Assembly (NCBI GenBank): GCA_963832165.1
Contig: CAWHTE010000004.1
Coordinates: forward strand, 416,001-480,000
Reading direction: 5' to 3'
Source of the DNA: an uncultured delta proteobacterium
Lineage (GTDB): Bacteria > Myxococcota_A > UBA9160 > SMWR01
DNA length: 64,000 bases
Under the pieces are notes generated by a model. It made no database searches, had not been told where the DNA came from, and was given only the letters and a program-made list of their open reading frames with translations. Position numbers and translations under genes: made by a program. Positions 36,686 to 46,552 of the stretch are shown here, one piece after another. Numbering within the stretch: the first letter of the stretch is position 1; the number at the start of each line of letters is the position of its first letter.

Positions 36686-38247
36686 ATGGATCAGTCGCTG
36701 CCGGCGATCGAGGCTTCCTGATCGAGGTCTGGAAGGAGGCCTGTCAGCACATCGAGCTCGCCGAAGCGGCGGCGCGCATCCTCCCGCACCTGGCCAGCGC
36801 ACTGCCGATCGCGCAGCTCGCGGTGCGCGAGCTCGATCTGTCGCGGCATGCGATCGAGACACTGGCCATGGCTCCGGACGACCCGTCCGGCGCGGGCCCC
36901 GCGCGCACCGAGTTGCGCGCCGACGAGCTCGACGCGATCGTGGCCTGGTGTCGCAGCGGCGCGATCGAGCGCGCCGCTGCGGGTGCGCTGCGGCGTAGAC
37001 TTCCCGGCCTCCTGCCCGCAGGCGCCGAAGGCGAGCTGATGGTGGGCGCGCTGCGGCGCCCGCGATCGCGCGCCAGGCGTACTGATCCTCGAGGCGGCGC
37101 CGGGCGAGCGCTTCGAGCGCGCGCACGAGGCGATAGCGCGCGAGCTGCTCGAGCCGTTCACGGCCGCGCTCGAGAACGACCGCCGCCTGCGCGACGTCGC
37201 CTCGGGGCGCGAGGCCGCGCAGGCCGAACGCGCGGCGCTGCGCTCGCGACTCGGGCGCAGCGAGCTCAGCGACCCGATCGTGGGCGCCGACGCGGGGCTC
37301 GCTCCCGTAATGGAGCGCGTCGGCCTGGTCGCAGCGCTCGACGTGCCCGTGCTCGTGCTCGGCGAGACCGGCTCGGGCAAGGAAGTGGTGGCGCGCGCGA
37401 TCCACACGCGCTCCCCGCGCGCGGCGGCGCCTTTCCTGCGCGTGAACTGCGGCGCGATTCCGCCCGGCCTGATCGACTCGGAGCTGTTCGGCCACGAGCG
37501 CGGCAGCTTCACGGGCGCGCTCGCGGAGCGGCACGGCTGGTTCGAGCGCGCCGACCGCGGGACGCTCTTCCTCGACGAGATCGGCGAGCTGCCGCTCGAG
37601 GCGCAGGTGCGGCTGCTGCGCGTGCTCCAGGACCACACGCTCGAGCGCGTCGGGCGGCCATCGCCCGGTGTCGGTCGACGTGCGAATCGTCGCGGCCACG
37701 CACCGCGATCTGCGCGAGCTGATCGCGCGAGGGGCGCTTCCGCGAGGATCTCTGGTACCGGATCGCGGTGTTCTCGATCGACCTTCCGCCGCTGCGCGAC
37801 CGGATCGAGGACGTGCCCGCTCTCGCGAACCACTTCGCGCTGCGCGCGGCGCACCGCTTCGGAACGCCGCCGCGGATTCCCACGCCGGCGGATCTCGAGC
37901 TGCTCGTCGCGTACGCGTGGCCCGGCAACGTGCGCGAGCTGATCGCGGTGATCGAGCGCGCAGTGATCCTCGGGAACGGCACGCGGCTCGAGGTAGCGAA
38001 GGCGCTCGGCGTCGCGCCGGGCTCGTCTCTGACGGCCTCGATTCCCCGCGAACCCGGGGTGGCGGACGACGGGTTCGCGTCGCTCGATCAGGCGATCGCG
38101 CGACACATCGAGGCGGCGCTCGTGCGCGCGCGCGGGAAGATCGAAGGGAAGGGCGGTGCCGCGGAGCTGCTAGGCGTGAACCCGCACACGCTGCGCGCGC
38201 GCATGCGCCGCCTCGCGCTGGACTGGCGGCGGTTCCGCGAGGCGTGA
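36686..38247 (+). CDS. Sigma-54-dependent enhancer-binding protein with Fis-type HTH (frameshifted about 4 times)
   Basis: [75 protein letters not shown]. Frame switches at ~36710, ~37060, ~37654, ~37733. Confidence 0.85.
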
Positions 38248-38305
38248 GCCGCGTCGGGGTGCAGCGGATCGGTCGGGACGCCGATAGAGTTGGACGGGGG
38301 GACGG

Positions 38306-39139
38306 ATGCACAGACGCGCGGCATCTCTGTTGTGCGCCGTAGTCGTGATCGGCCTCGCCGCGATGGCCGCCGCGCAGGTGGTGCGCGTCTACGAAATGAG
38401 GCACCGCACCGCCGAGGAGCTGGTTCCGCTCGTAGAGACCGCGATGACGGGTGAGGGACGCGTCTCGGCCGATCGCCGGACCAACTCGCTGGTGCTGTCG
38501 GGCTCGCCGCGCGCGGTGGCGAGCGCGCTCGAGCTGCTGCGCTCGCTCGATGTGCGCCCGCGCACCGTGGTGCTGCACTACGAAGCGCGCAGCTCGGGCG
38601 AGCTCGCTGCAGGGGGCGCGAGCGTGAAATGGCGGGTCGGCGCGGGCAGCTTCCGCGTCGCAGACGTCAGCTGGCCGACCGGTGCGGCTGCGCTCGCGAT
38701 CGACGCCGAGAGCGAAGCTTCGCGCCGCAGCTCGACGCTCGCGGGACAGCTGCGCATTCTCGACGGCCAGACGGGCCAGATCGCTACGGGCGCTTCGCTA
38801 CCGATCACCACGCGTCGGATCCAGCGCAGCGGGCGGGTCGAGGTCGTCGAGGAGGCCACGCACTACGTGTCGGCCCAGGCGGGCTTCGAGGCGAGTCCGC
38901 GCGTGCTGCGCGACGGGCAGGTGGAGCTCGCACTGCGCCCATTCGATGAGTCGCTGCGGCCGGGCGGCGCGATCCAGCGCGCGAGCGCGGACACGGTGCT
39001 CGTGCTCACGCCTGGCGCAACGGTCGCGATCGGCGGGATCGTGCGCGAGCAGAGCTCGCAGCGCGGCGCGTTCTCGGGAGGTGGCGCGCGCGGCGAGTCG
39101 GAGCAGAGCGTGCTGCTCGTGACCGTGGAGGTCGAGTAG
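38306..39139 (+). CDS. Small secretin-like protein (secretin N/NolW-like domain plus reduced secretin core)
   Basis: Signal peptide; VYEMRHRTAEELVPL..DRRTNSLVLSG..LDVRP; LRILDGQTGQIATG, GFEASPRV, TVAIGGI. Confidence 0.7.
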   Translation: MHRRAASLLCAVVVIGLAAMAAAQVVRVYEMRHRTAEELVPLVETAMTGEGRVSADRRTNSLVLSGSPRAVASALELLRSLDVRPRTVVLHYEARSSGELAAGGASVKWRVGAGSFRVADVSWPTGAAALAIDAESEASRRSSTLAGQLRILDGQTGQIATGASLPITTRRIQRSGRVEVVEEATHYVSAQAGFEASPRVLRDGQVELALRPFDESLRPGGAIQRASADTVLVLTPGATVAIGGIVREQSSQRGAFSGGGARGESEQSVLLVTVEVE

Positions 39140-39141
39140 AC

Positions 39142-40236
39142 ATGGTGCCCGATCGCAGTGCGACGGAGCGGCGCTTCGAGCTCGCGATCACGGGTGCGGC
39201 GCTCGTGCTGCTCCTGGTCGGTTGCGCGATGGTGCTGCGCCCGTTCGGGACGTCACTTCTGTGGGCCGTCGTGCTCTGGCTCGCAACGGCCCCGCTGCAC
39301 CAGCAGGTGCTCTCGTGGGTGGGTGGACGGCATACGGCCGCCGCAGCGCTCATGACGCTCGGGATCGCGTCGGTGTTGCTCCTGCCGATCCTCGTGGTCG
39401 GGTTCAGCATGGCGGACAGCGTGCGCGACCTCGCGGTCGCGACGCGCCACTGGTTCGAAGCGGGGCCGCCGCAGCCGCCGGCCTGGCTCTACTCGGTGCC
39501 GCTCGTCGGTGGTTATGTCGCGGACCGCTGGGCCGAGCTCGCCGGGGACAGCCAGCGCATGTTCGAGGAGGGCCAGCGATTGATCGAGCCCGTGACGTCG
39601 TGGCTCTTCAGCGGCGGGATCACGATCGGCCGAGGCGTGACCGAGCTTGCGTTGAGCATCTTCATCGCATTCTTCCTGTACCGCGATCGCGTCGCGTTCG
39701 GCGACCGCTTCCGCGCGGCAGCGGCGCGGATCGCGGGTCCGAGCGCCGAGCCGCTGATCGATCTCGCGATCAACACGCTGCACAGCGTCGTGTACGGAAT
39801 CCTCGGCACCGCGGTGGCACAGGGCGTCGTGGCGGGCATCGGCTTCCTGATCGCGGGCGTGCCCGGTGCGATCCTGCTCGGCTTCCTCACGTTCTTCATG
39901 TCGATCGTGCCGATGGGGCCTCCGCTGGTGTGGGTGCCGGCCACGGTGTGGCTGTATCAGAGCGGTTCGGACGGCTGGGCGCTGTTCATGCTGATCTGGG
40001 GCTTCGGCGTCTCGAGCATCGACAACTTCCTCAAGCCGTGGTTGATCTCGCAGGGCAGCACGTTGCCGTTCATCCTGATCTTCTTCGGCGTGATCGGAGG
40101 CGTGCTCGCCTTCGGCTTCATCGGCATCTTCCTGGGTCCGACGCTGCTCGCGGTGGGCTACCGGCTCGTGCTCGACTGGGCGGTCGTGGCGCGCCGCGTT
40201 GTACCTGCGGGAGAGGCAACCGTGGCCAGCAGCTGA
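39142..40236 (+). CDS. AI-2E family transporter
   Basis: PFGTSLLWAVVL, FFLYRD, GPPLVWVP, IDNFLKP, GGVLAFGFIGIFLGP. Confidence 0.92.
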   Translation: MVPDRSATERRFELAITGAALVLLLVGCAMVLRPFGTSLLWAVVLWLATAPLHQQVLSWVGGRHTAAAALMTLGIASVLLLPILVVGFSMADSVRDLAVATRHWFEAGPPQPPAWLYSVPLVGGYVADRWAELAGDSQRMFEEGQRLIEPVTSWLFSGGITIGRGVTELALSIFIAFFLYRDRVAFGDRFRAAAARIAGPSAEPLIDLAINTLHSVVYGILGTAVAQGVVAGIGFLIAGVPGAILLGFLTFFMSIVPMGPPLVWVPATVWLYQSGSDGWALFMLIWGFGVSSIDNFLKPWLISQGSTLPFILIFFGVIGGVLAFGFIGIFLGPTLLAVGYRLVLDWAVVARRVVPAGEATVASS

Positions 40237-40251
40237 CTCGAACTCGCTGCG

Positions 40252-42396
40252 TCAGGCGCGGCGCCCCGGCGTGCTCCAGCCCGGCGGCGCCGTGACGACG
40301 ACGACCGTGGGCGCGGCTTCCTCGAGCAGGTACTCGACCCCGTGCCCGAGGAACGGCCGCTCGCTGAGCTGGCGCAGGTTGGCCGCGAGCACGAGCAGGT
40401 CGACGTGCTTCTCGCGCGTGAGCTTGAGGATCTCCTCGGACGCCGACTGGCCCGTGCAGATCGCGGGCTCGGCGCGCACGCCGAGCTCGCGCGCGAGCGC
40501 CATCGCTTCCTCGACCACGTGCCCGGCGACCTCCGCTCGCGGGGCGCTCGAAATGTCGCGGCCGTACGACATGGCCCACCCGACCGAGGGCATCGTCACC
40601 ACGTGCGCGAGCAGCACGCGCGCGTCGAGACGCTTGGCCACGCCATACGCGACCTCGAGCGCCGCGCGCCCCGGCAGCGTTCCGACCGCGGGCACGAGCA
40701 CGCGCCGCACGCGCAGGCCCTCGTCGGGCGCGCGAGACTTGCCTTGCCGCACCATGATCACGGGCAGCGGGCTCGTCGCGAGCAGCTCGTCGACGATGGG
40801 CGAGATCAGCGTGCCGGCGATCCGCTCGTCGGTGGCGCCGACCGCGATCGCGCCGTAGCCGAGCCCCGCCTGGTCGAGGATCGCGCGCAGCGGCTCTTTT
40901 CCCGCCTCGTGCTGGTAGGTCATCGGGCGCTTCGCGAGCACGTTGCGCACACGCTCGAGATCTTCGCTGGGCACGTCGCGACCCGCGGAGAGCACGGTCA
41001 CCTCGGTTTGCTCGGGCCAGGCGAGATCGACGAGCCGGGCCGCGAGTACGGAGTTCGGGCCGCCGTGGCTCGGCAGGAGCACGCGCGCGTCGCGCACGAG
41101 GATGTTGCCGCCGATCTGGCGCTCGTGCGCGAGCCGCGCCTGCTCTTCCTCGGACCCGTGCCAGCCTCGCAGCACGAGGCGCAGCAGCGGGGGCGCCATC
41201 ATCGAGGTGACCACCGCGAGCAACACGACGACCGCATAGGAGGAGTCGTTGAGCACGCCGAGCGAGAGTCCGACCGTGGCGACCACGATCTCGACCGCGC
41301 CGCGCGCGTTGAGGCCGATGCCGAGCGCGAGTCCTTCGCGCATCGGCAGCGCGGCGAGCCGCGAACCGAGGTAGGCGCCACCCGCCTTCGAGATGCTCGC
41401 CACCGCGACGACGATCGCGCCCCAGCCGAGAACCTCCGGGTCGCGCAACAAGCCCAGGTCGACGCGCAGACCCGCCGTCGCGAAGAACAGCGGCGCAAAG
41501 AACGAGCGCGTGACGCCGTCGATCTGGTCGACCACGTCGCTGTCGTGGAAGCGCGAGCGGCCGAGCACGATGCCCGCGATGAACGCGCCGAACACCGCCT
41601 CGAGGCCGAGCGCGTGAGTGGTGGCGCCCGATGCCAGCGCCACGAGGAGTACCGCCGTGAGGTGCGCGGGCAGACCCCATCCGCGCACGCGCACCGCGCG
41701 CAGCAGCGCGTCGACGAGGCGCTGTCCGAGCGTGAAGGCGAGGCCCAGGAAGATCACGAGGCCCGCGACCGTGATCGCGAGCTGGGCCGCGTCGAGCGAG
41801 CCCGACTTGGCGAGGCCCGCGACCATGCCGAGCAGGATCCAGCCCGCGATGTCGTCGGCCATCGCGGCCGCGATCAGCACCTGCGCGATGTTGCGGCGCA
41901 TCAGGGCGAGGTCGGAGAGGATCTTCGCGATCACGGGCAGCGCCGAGATCCCGAGCGCCGTGCCCATGAAGAGCGCGAACACGAGGGGCTCGGTCGTGCC
42001 GCCCACGAAGCTCGCGGGCAGTGCCAGACCGAGGCCGACGCCCGCGAGCACGGGCAGAACGAGGCTCCCGATCGCCACGCGCGCGGTGGCGCGGCCGAGG
42101 CTGCGGATCAGCGCGATGTCGGTCTCGAGCCCCGTCAGGATCAGCAGCAGGAATACACCGATCCACGCGGGCCCCGCGAGCAGCGCGCGCTGCACCGGCT
42201 CGGCGGGGAACAGCCACTCGTGCAGTCCCGGCGCGAGATGTCCGAGCACGCTCGGCCCGAGCAAGAGGCCCGCGGCGAGCTCGCCGATCACGGCGGGCTG
42301 ACCGATCGCGCGCAGCGCACCGCCGAGCGCGCGCGCGGTGAGCAGCAGTGCGAGCAGCTGGAGCCAGAACAGCAACAGCTGGTGTTCGGTGGGCAT
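40252..42396 (-). CDS. CPA2 cation:proton antiporter with C-terminal USP-like domains
   Basis: GQPAVIGELAAGLLLGPS, ISALPVIAKIL, FGAFIAG, GLNARGAVE; C-terminal RVLVP..DLLVL..FLGHGVEYLL. Confidence 0.9.
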   Translation of the reverse strand: MPTEHQLLLFWLQLLALLLTARALGGALRAIGQPAVIGELAAGLLLGPSVLGHLAPGLHEWLFPAEPVQRALLAGPAWIGVFLLLILTGLETDIALIRSLGRATARVAIGSLVLPVLAGVGLGLALPASFVGGTTEPLVFALFMGTALGISALPVIAKILSDLALMRRNIAQVLIAAAMADDIAGWILLGMVAGLAKSGSLDAAQLAITVAGLVIFLGLAFTLGQRLVDALLRAVRVRGWGLPAHLTAVLLVALASGATTHALGLEAVFGAFIAGIVLGRSRFHDSDVVDQIDGVTRSFFAPLFFATAGLRVDLGLLRDPEVLGWGAIVVAVASISKAGGAYLGSRLAALPMREGLALGIGLNARGAVEIVVATVGLSLGVLNDSSYAVVVLLAVVTSMMAPPLLRLVLRGWHGSEEEQARLAHERQIGGNILVRDARVLLPSHGGPNSVLAARLVDLAWPEQTEVTVLSAGRDVPSEDLERVRNVLAKRPMTYQHEAGKEPLRAILDQAGLGYGAIAVGATDERIAGTLISPIVDELLATSPLPVIMVRQGKSRAPDEGLRVRRVLVPAVGTLPGRAALEVAYGVAKRLDARVLLAHVVTMPSVGWAMSYGRDISSAPRAEVAGHVVEEAMALARELGVRAEPAICTGQSASEEILKLTREKHVDLLVLAANLRQLSERPFLGHGVEYLLEEAAPTVVVVTAPPGWSTPGRRA

Positions 42397-42436
42397 GGCG
42401 GCCCCTACGCTAGCTTCCTCGTCGAACTACCGTTGC

Positions 42437-43351
42437 ATGCCGAATCCCGAGATCGTTCCCTACGACGAGTTCGCGCTATTCCACGAGAACGCCCAGGAGT
42501 TCGGCCTTCCGTATCCGGGGCCCCCGGTGGTCCGGCGCGTCGCAACCGAGGTCGGCGACGGCCGCCGACTCAGCTCGCTCGTGTGGGGAGAGTCGGAGCC
42601 CGAGCTCGTGCTCCTTCACGGCGGAGCACAGAACGCGCACACGTGGGACACGGTGGCGCTCGCGCTCGCGCGCCCGCTCGTCTGCATCGATCTGCCGGGT
42701 CACGGTCACTCGGACGGAGCCGCCGACGGGACGGTGAACTTCTACCGCAACGCGCGCGATGTCGCGCAGGTGGTGCGCGAGCTCGCACCGAGCGCGCGCG
42801 GAGTGGTCGGGATGTCGCTGGGCGGCCTGACCACGCTCGCACTCGTGGATCAGTTCCCCGAGCTCGTGCGCGCGGCCGTGCTCGTCGACGTGACCCCGGG
42901 CGTCAATCAGGAGAAGGCGCGCGCGATCACCGCCTTCGTCGACGGCCCCGCGAGCTTTCCTAGCTTCGACGCACTGCTCGCGCGCACGATCGAGCACAAC
43001 CCGACGCGCTCGGTGTCTTCGCTGCGGCGCGGCATCCTGCACAACGCCGTCCAGCGCGACGACGGCACCTGGGTGTGGCGCCACCGGCGCTTCCTCGAGC
43101 CCGGTCGCCGAGGCGAGTTTCCGCGCTTCGGCGATCTCTGGGAGGCGATCTCCGCGATCGCGGTGCCGCTCATGCTCGTGCGCGGGATGCGCGCGCAGTC
43201 GGTCGTGAACGATGCGGACGAGGCCGAGCTCTTGCGCCGCTGTCCGAAGGCGCGCGTCGCGCGTGTGCCGAACGCGGGTCACAGCATCCAGGGCGACGCC
43301 CCGCTCGAGCTGGCGCGACTGATCTCGGAGTTCGTCTTCGGGCACTCGTGA
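42437..43351 (+). CDS. Alpha/beta-fold hydrolase (Rv0045c-like esterase)
   Basis: LHGGAQNAHTWD, DLPGHGHS, GMSLGG nucleophile, AGHSIQGD. Confidence 0.9.
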   Translation: MPNPEIVPYDEFALFHENAQEFGLPYPGPPVVRRVATEVGDGRRLSSLVWGESEPELVLLHGGAQNAHTWDTVALALARPLVCIDLPGHGHSDGAADGTVNFYRNARDVAQVVRELAPSARGVVGMSLGGLTTLALVDQFPELVRAAVLVDVTPGVNQEKARAITAFVDGPASFPSFDALLARTIEHNPTRSVSSLRRGILHNAVQRDDGTWVWRHRRFLEPGRRGEFPRFGDLWEAISAIAVPLMLVRGMRAQSVVNDADEAELLRRCPKARVARVPNAGHSIQGDAPLELARLISEFVFGHS

Positions 43352-43357
43352 TCCCGC

Positions 43358-43963
43358 TCAGGGCTCGTCGCCCGGAAGCGGCTCCTCGTGCAGGTTCGAG
43401 AAGCGGAACGGTCCGATGAACGTGAGCACGGTGACATTGCGGTAGTAGCGCGAGGCTTCGGTGGGCGGGACGCGAGCCACCTGCGTGCGGTCCTCGGTCC
43501 AGGCCGACAGCTCGACGCGCGCACGCCCGGTGACCGTGCTCGACTTGTACAGCGAGATGTCGCCGAGCGAGACCGGCATGCCCGGCACCACGAACGGGAC
43601 GCCGTACAGCGTGGACTCCACGTCGACTCCTGCGAACGGCACGACCGCGAGCAGCATGGGTCCGCGCGCGGGAGGGAGCGAGCGCGTGTCGGGCAGCACG
43701 CGAATCTGCGCCTCCGCGAGCCTGTGCTGGAGCCGCGCGCGGATCAGCGCCGTGTCGATGCCCGTGGGCGCGGCGATCTCGAGCACGTAGGGACTGCCCG
43801 GGTCGATCGCGCTCACGTCGATCGCCTCGATAGAGCGGCTCAGCGCGGCGCTCGTCATCTCCTGCTCGATTGCCGCCGCGTTGTGCAGGTCCTTGACCGG
43901 CGAGAAGCAGCCCGTGAACGAGAGCACGAGCGCCGCGGTGCCGCCTGCGGAACGGAGCTTCAC
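43358..43963 (-). CDS. Hypothetical lipoprotein
   Basis: Lipobox FTGC; AIEQEMTSAALSRSI. Start uncertain (43963, 43969 or 43993). Confidence 0.7.
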   Translation of the reverse strand: MKLRSAGGTAALVLSFTGCFSPVKDLHNAAAIEQEMTSAALSRSIEAIDVSAIDPGSPYVLEIAAPTGIDTALIRARLQHRLAEAQIRVLPDTRSLPPARGPMLLAVVPFAGVDVESTLYGVPFVVPGMPVSLGDISLYKSSTVTGRARVELSAWTEDRTQVARVPPTEASRYYRNVTVLTFIGPFRFSNLHEEPLPGDEP

Positions 43964-43976
43964 GTCCATCGAGCGC

Positions 43977-43992
43977 AGCAGAATCCGTGCCA
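43977..43992 (-). promoter_or_regulatory. Sigma-54 promoter for the lipoprotein gene
   Basis: Minus strand TGGCACGGATTCTGCT (GG-N10-GC). Confidence 0.6.
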
Positions 43993-44065
43993 CGCGTTGC
44001 GAGCGCCCGGATCGCGAGAGCGGCGGACCACCTGTGATTTGTAGAATCGACCCGCGCTCGCGCGG

Positions 44066-45718
44066 CTACTTCGGGCTCGCGGCCTCGAACATCCGCCGCG
44101 CTTCGGGATAGTCGGCCTTGCCGTTGGGCGCGCGCGGAACGCGCGCGACGAGCACGAGCTGCCTCGGAAGCTTGAAGCTCGCGAGGCGCGTGCGCGCGTC
44201 GAGGACGATCGACTCGACCGTGGCTGCGGCCCCGGGCGCGAGCGAGGCCACGCCGACCACGCACTGTCCGAAGCGCTCGTCGGGAATGCCGAACACCAGC
44301 GCATCTTCGACGGCCGCGTGGCACTTGAGCGCCTCCTCGACCTCCTCGGGAAAGATCTTCTCGCCGCCGCTGTTGATGCAGTTCGATCCGCGCCCGAGCA
44401 GAGTGATCGTGCCGTCCGCCTCGACCGTGGCCATGTCGCCCGCGAAGCCGTATCGGACTCCGTTGATCGTCCGGAACGTGCGCGCGGATTTCTCGGGATC
44501 CTTGTAGTAGCCGATCGGCACCATGCCGCCGTTGGCGACCATGCCGATCTCGCCCGAACCCGGCTTCACGTCGCGCCCGTCTTCGGTGAGCACGCGCGTG
44601 GTGGGATTGGGCCGGAAGCGCGCGGTGTCGGCGCTCGCGCCCGCGCGCACCATCGAGTTGCCCATCCCGCCCTCGGTGGAGCCGAGTACGTCGGCGATCG
44701 CGAGCTCCGGCAGATGGGCGATCATCCGCTGCTTCACGTCGAGCGAGAACATCGCACCCGACGAGACGATCGTGCGCAGGCACGACGCGTCCCAACGGCC
44801 CGGGTTTTCGTCGAGCGCGCGCACCATCGGACGCGCGAAGGCATCGCCCACGATCACGAGCAGGTTGACGCGCTCGCGCGCCACCGTGTCCCAGAGCTCG
44901 ATCGGATCGAGTCCGCGCTTCTCGAGCAATGCCGCGGTTCCGCCGAGCAGGTGCGGCACCATCATGCCGAGCCAGCAGCCCGTGCCGTGCATGAGCGGCG
45001 GTCCCGACATCGAGACGGTCGACTCGCCCGCTGCGCGCTGCTTCTGCGCGAGCGCGGGCAGCTCGTCGGCAGAGCCGAGCTTTGCGAGCCCGATCATCTG
45101 CGGGTAGGTCTTGAGGAAGAAGAGCGTGAAGTCGCTCATCGCGTACATCACGCCCTTCGGCATGCCGGTCGTGCCGCCCGTGTAGAGCATGTAGATCTCG
45201 TCGCCCTGGGGAGGAATGCGTGCGGCCGGCTCGAGCGTCTCTTGCAGCTCCTCGTAGCGCAGCGCTCCGTCGACGTGCCGGGAGCCATCGGGCGCGGGAC
45301 CGTCCTCCACCTCGACGAGCAGTCGCAGCTTGGGCAGCCCGGATCGCACGCGCGCAACCCGATCGCCGAGCGAGGTGTGGAAGACCAGCGCCTCGGTGTC
45401 GGCGTTCTCGAGCAGGTAGGCGAGTTCCCGGTCGAGATAGCGGTAGTTCACGTTGATCGGGACGCCGCGGATCTTGATCGCAGCGAAGTTCGTCTCGCAG
45501 TATTCCGGGGAGTTGTAGAGGTACATCCCCACCTTGCTGTGCGGTCCGAGCCCCGCCTCCAGGAGGGCGTGGGCGAGCCGGGCCGAGCGCTGCTCGTAGC
45601 TGCGCCAGGTCAGCCGGCGCGGGCCCTGGACCACGGCCGGCGCGTCGGGAACGGCGTCCGCGATCGCCTCCCAGATGGCTCCAAAATGTGTCAGCACGGC
45701 GCCGGGATCCTGCCACAC
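44066..45718 (-). CDS. Acyl-CoA synthetase (FadD19-like)
   Basis: INVNYRY, YTGGTTGMPKGVM, PLMHGTG, LLGRGSNCINSGGEKIFPEEVE, NGKADY. Confidence 0.9.
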   Translation of the reverse strand: MWQDPGAVLTHFGAIWEAIADAVPDAPAVVQGPRRLTWRSYEQRSARLAHALLEAGLGPHSKVGMYLYNSPEYCETNFAAIKIRGVPINVNYRYLDRELAYLLENADTEALVFHTSLGDRVARVRSGLPKLRLLVEVEDGPAPDGSRHVDGALRYEELQETLEPAARIPPQGDEIYMLYTGGTTGMPKGVMYAMSDFTLFFLKTYPQMIGLAKLGSADELPALAQKQRAAGESTVSMSGPPLMHGTGCWLGMMVPHLLGGTAALLEKRGLDPIELWDTVARERVNLLVIVGDAFARPMVRALDENPGRWDASCLRTIVSSGAMFSLDVKQRMIAHLPELAIADVLGSTEGGMGNSMVRAGASADTARFRPNPTTRVLTEDGRDVKPGSGEIGMVANGGMVPIGYYKDPEKSARTFRTINGVRYGFAGDMATVEADGTITLLGRGSNCINSGGEKIFPEEVEEALKCHAAVEDALVFGIPDERFGQCVVGVASLAPGAAATVESIVLDARTRLASFKLPRQLVLVARVPRAPNGKADYPEARRMFEAASPK

Positions 45719-45895
45719 GCTGCCGGTGGAGATCTACAGAGTGGTGGACGAGTCGATCCAGCTGGCAGTACCCTGCAGTCAGTACCGAAATGCCCCAGGG
45801 CGTGTTCAGCGCCCGAACATGCCCGCGTCCGCTTCCGCTGGCTCTGAAGAAGCGCGGGGGAGCGCCCTCCCTCGTTGCGCAGAGGAGGATCTGAC

Positions 45896-46552
45896 ATGCG
45901 GCTCGTTCAAATCGTTCTGGTACTCGGTTCGTTTCTCGTGGTGGGCTGTGCGACCAATGACCAACCGCGCGTAGATGCCGCGGGTCTCGTCCGGATCACG
46001 TCGTGGGAGCCGGGCAACATCTACGCGCATCCGGAGCGCTCGATCGACCACTACGACGACATCCTGCTCACCGACGTGGCCCTCTCGTACGGCCCCAATC
46101 AGAAGCCGCTGTCCCAGGACGACCAGCAGCGCCTGCGCATGATGGCGTTCGAAATCGTGGCGAGGCAGATCCCCGCGGCGGGACAGCTCGCCGTGAGCAA
46201 GCCCGGCCCGTGTACCGTGAAGCTCGGCGTCGAGCTCAATCAGCTCGAGTTCTCGGGCTCGGGCTCGTCCAGAAACGGCTCCACCGCGGTGCACATCGAG
46301 TTTCGCGACTCGCTGAACAACGATCCGATCGTGCGCTACGAGCAGCGCCGCGAGCTGTCGCTCGCGGGCACGACGACGAAGGGCCCCGAACTGGAGCGGC
46401 TCGGAGCGACGCTGGAGATCGTGGCCGAGGACGTGCGCTTGCGGCTGCGAGACGCGCTCCCGCTGGCCGAGTCCCACGCGCGCGCGAGCGAGGGCTGCAA
46501 GGGTAGGATCGGCGAGGTGAGGAAGCAGACGAAGGCGGCGAAGGCCGGATGA
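45896..46552 (+). CDS. Lipoprotein, DUF3313-like (paralog 1)
   Basis: GAGGAGG RBS; lipobox VVGC; GLVRI, YDDILL, IEFRDSLNNDPIVR. Confidence 0.7.
   Translation: MRLVQIVLVLGSFLVVGCATNDQPRVDAAGLVRITSWEPGNIYAHPERSIDHYDDILLTDVALSYGPNQKPLSQDDQQRLRMMAFEIVARQIPAAGQLAVSKPGPCTVKLGVELNQLEFSGSGSSRNGSTAVHIEFRDSLNNDPIVRYEQRRELSLAGTTTKGPELERLGATLEIVAEDVRLRLRDALPLAESHARASEGCKGRIGEVRKQTKAAKAG

Noticed and set aside
45763..45778. Sigma-54 promoter upstream of the lipoprotein pair (TGGCAGTACCCTGC)
   Set aside because: GG-N9-GC spacing and a poor match to consensus.
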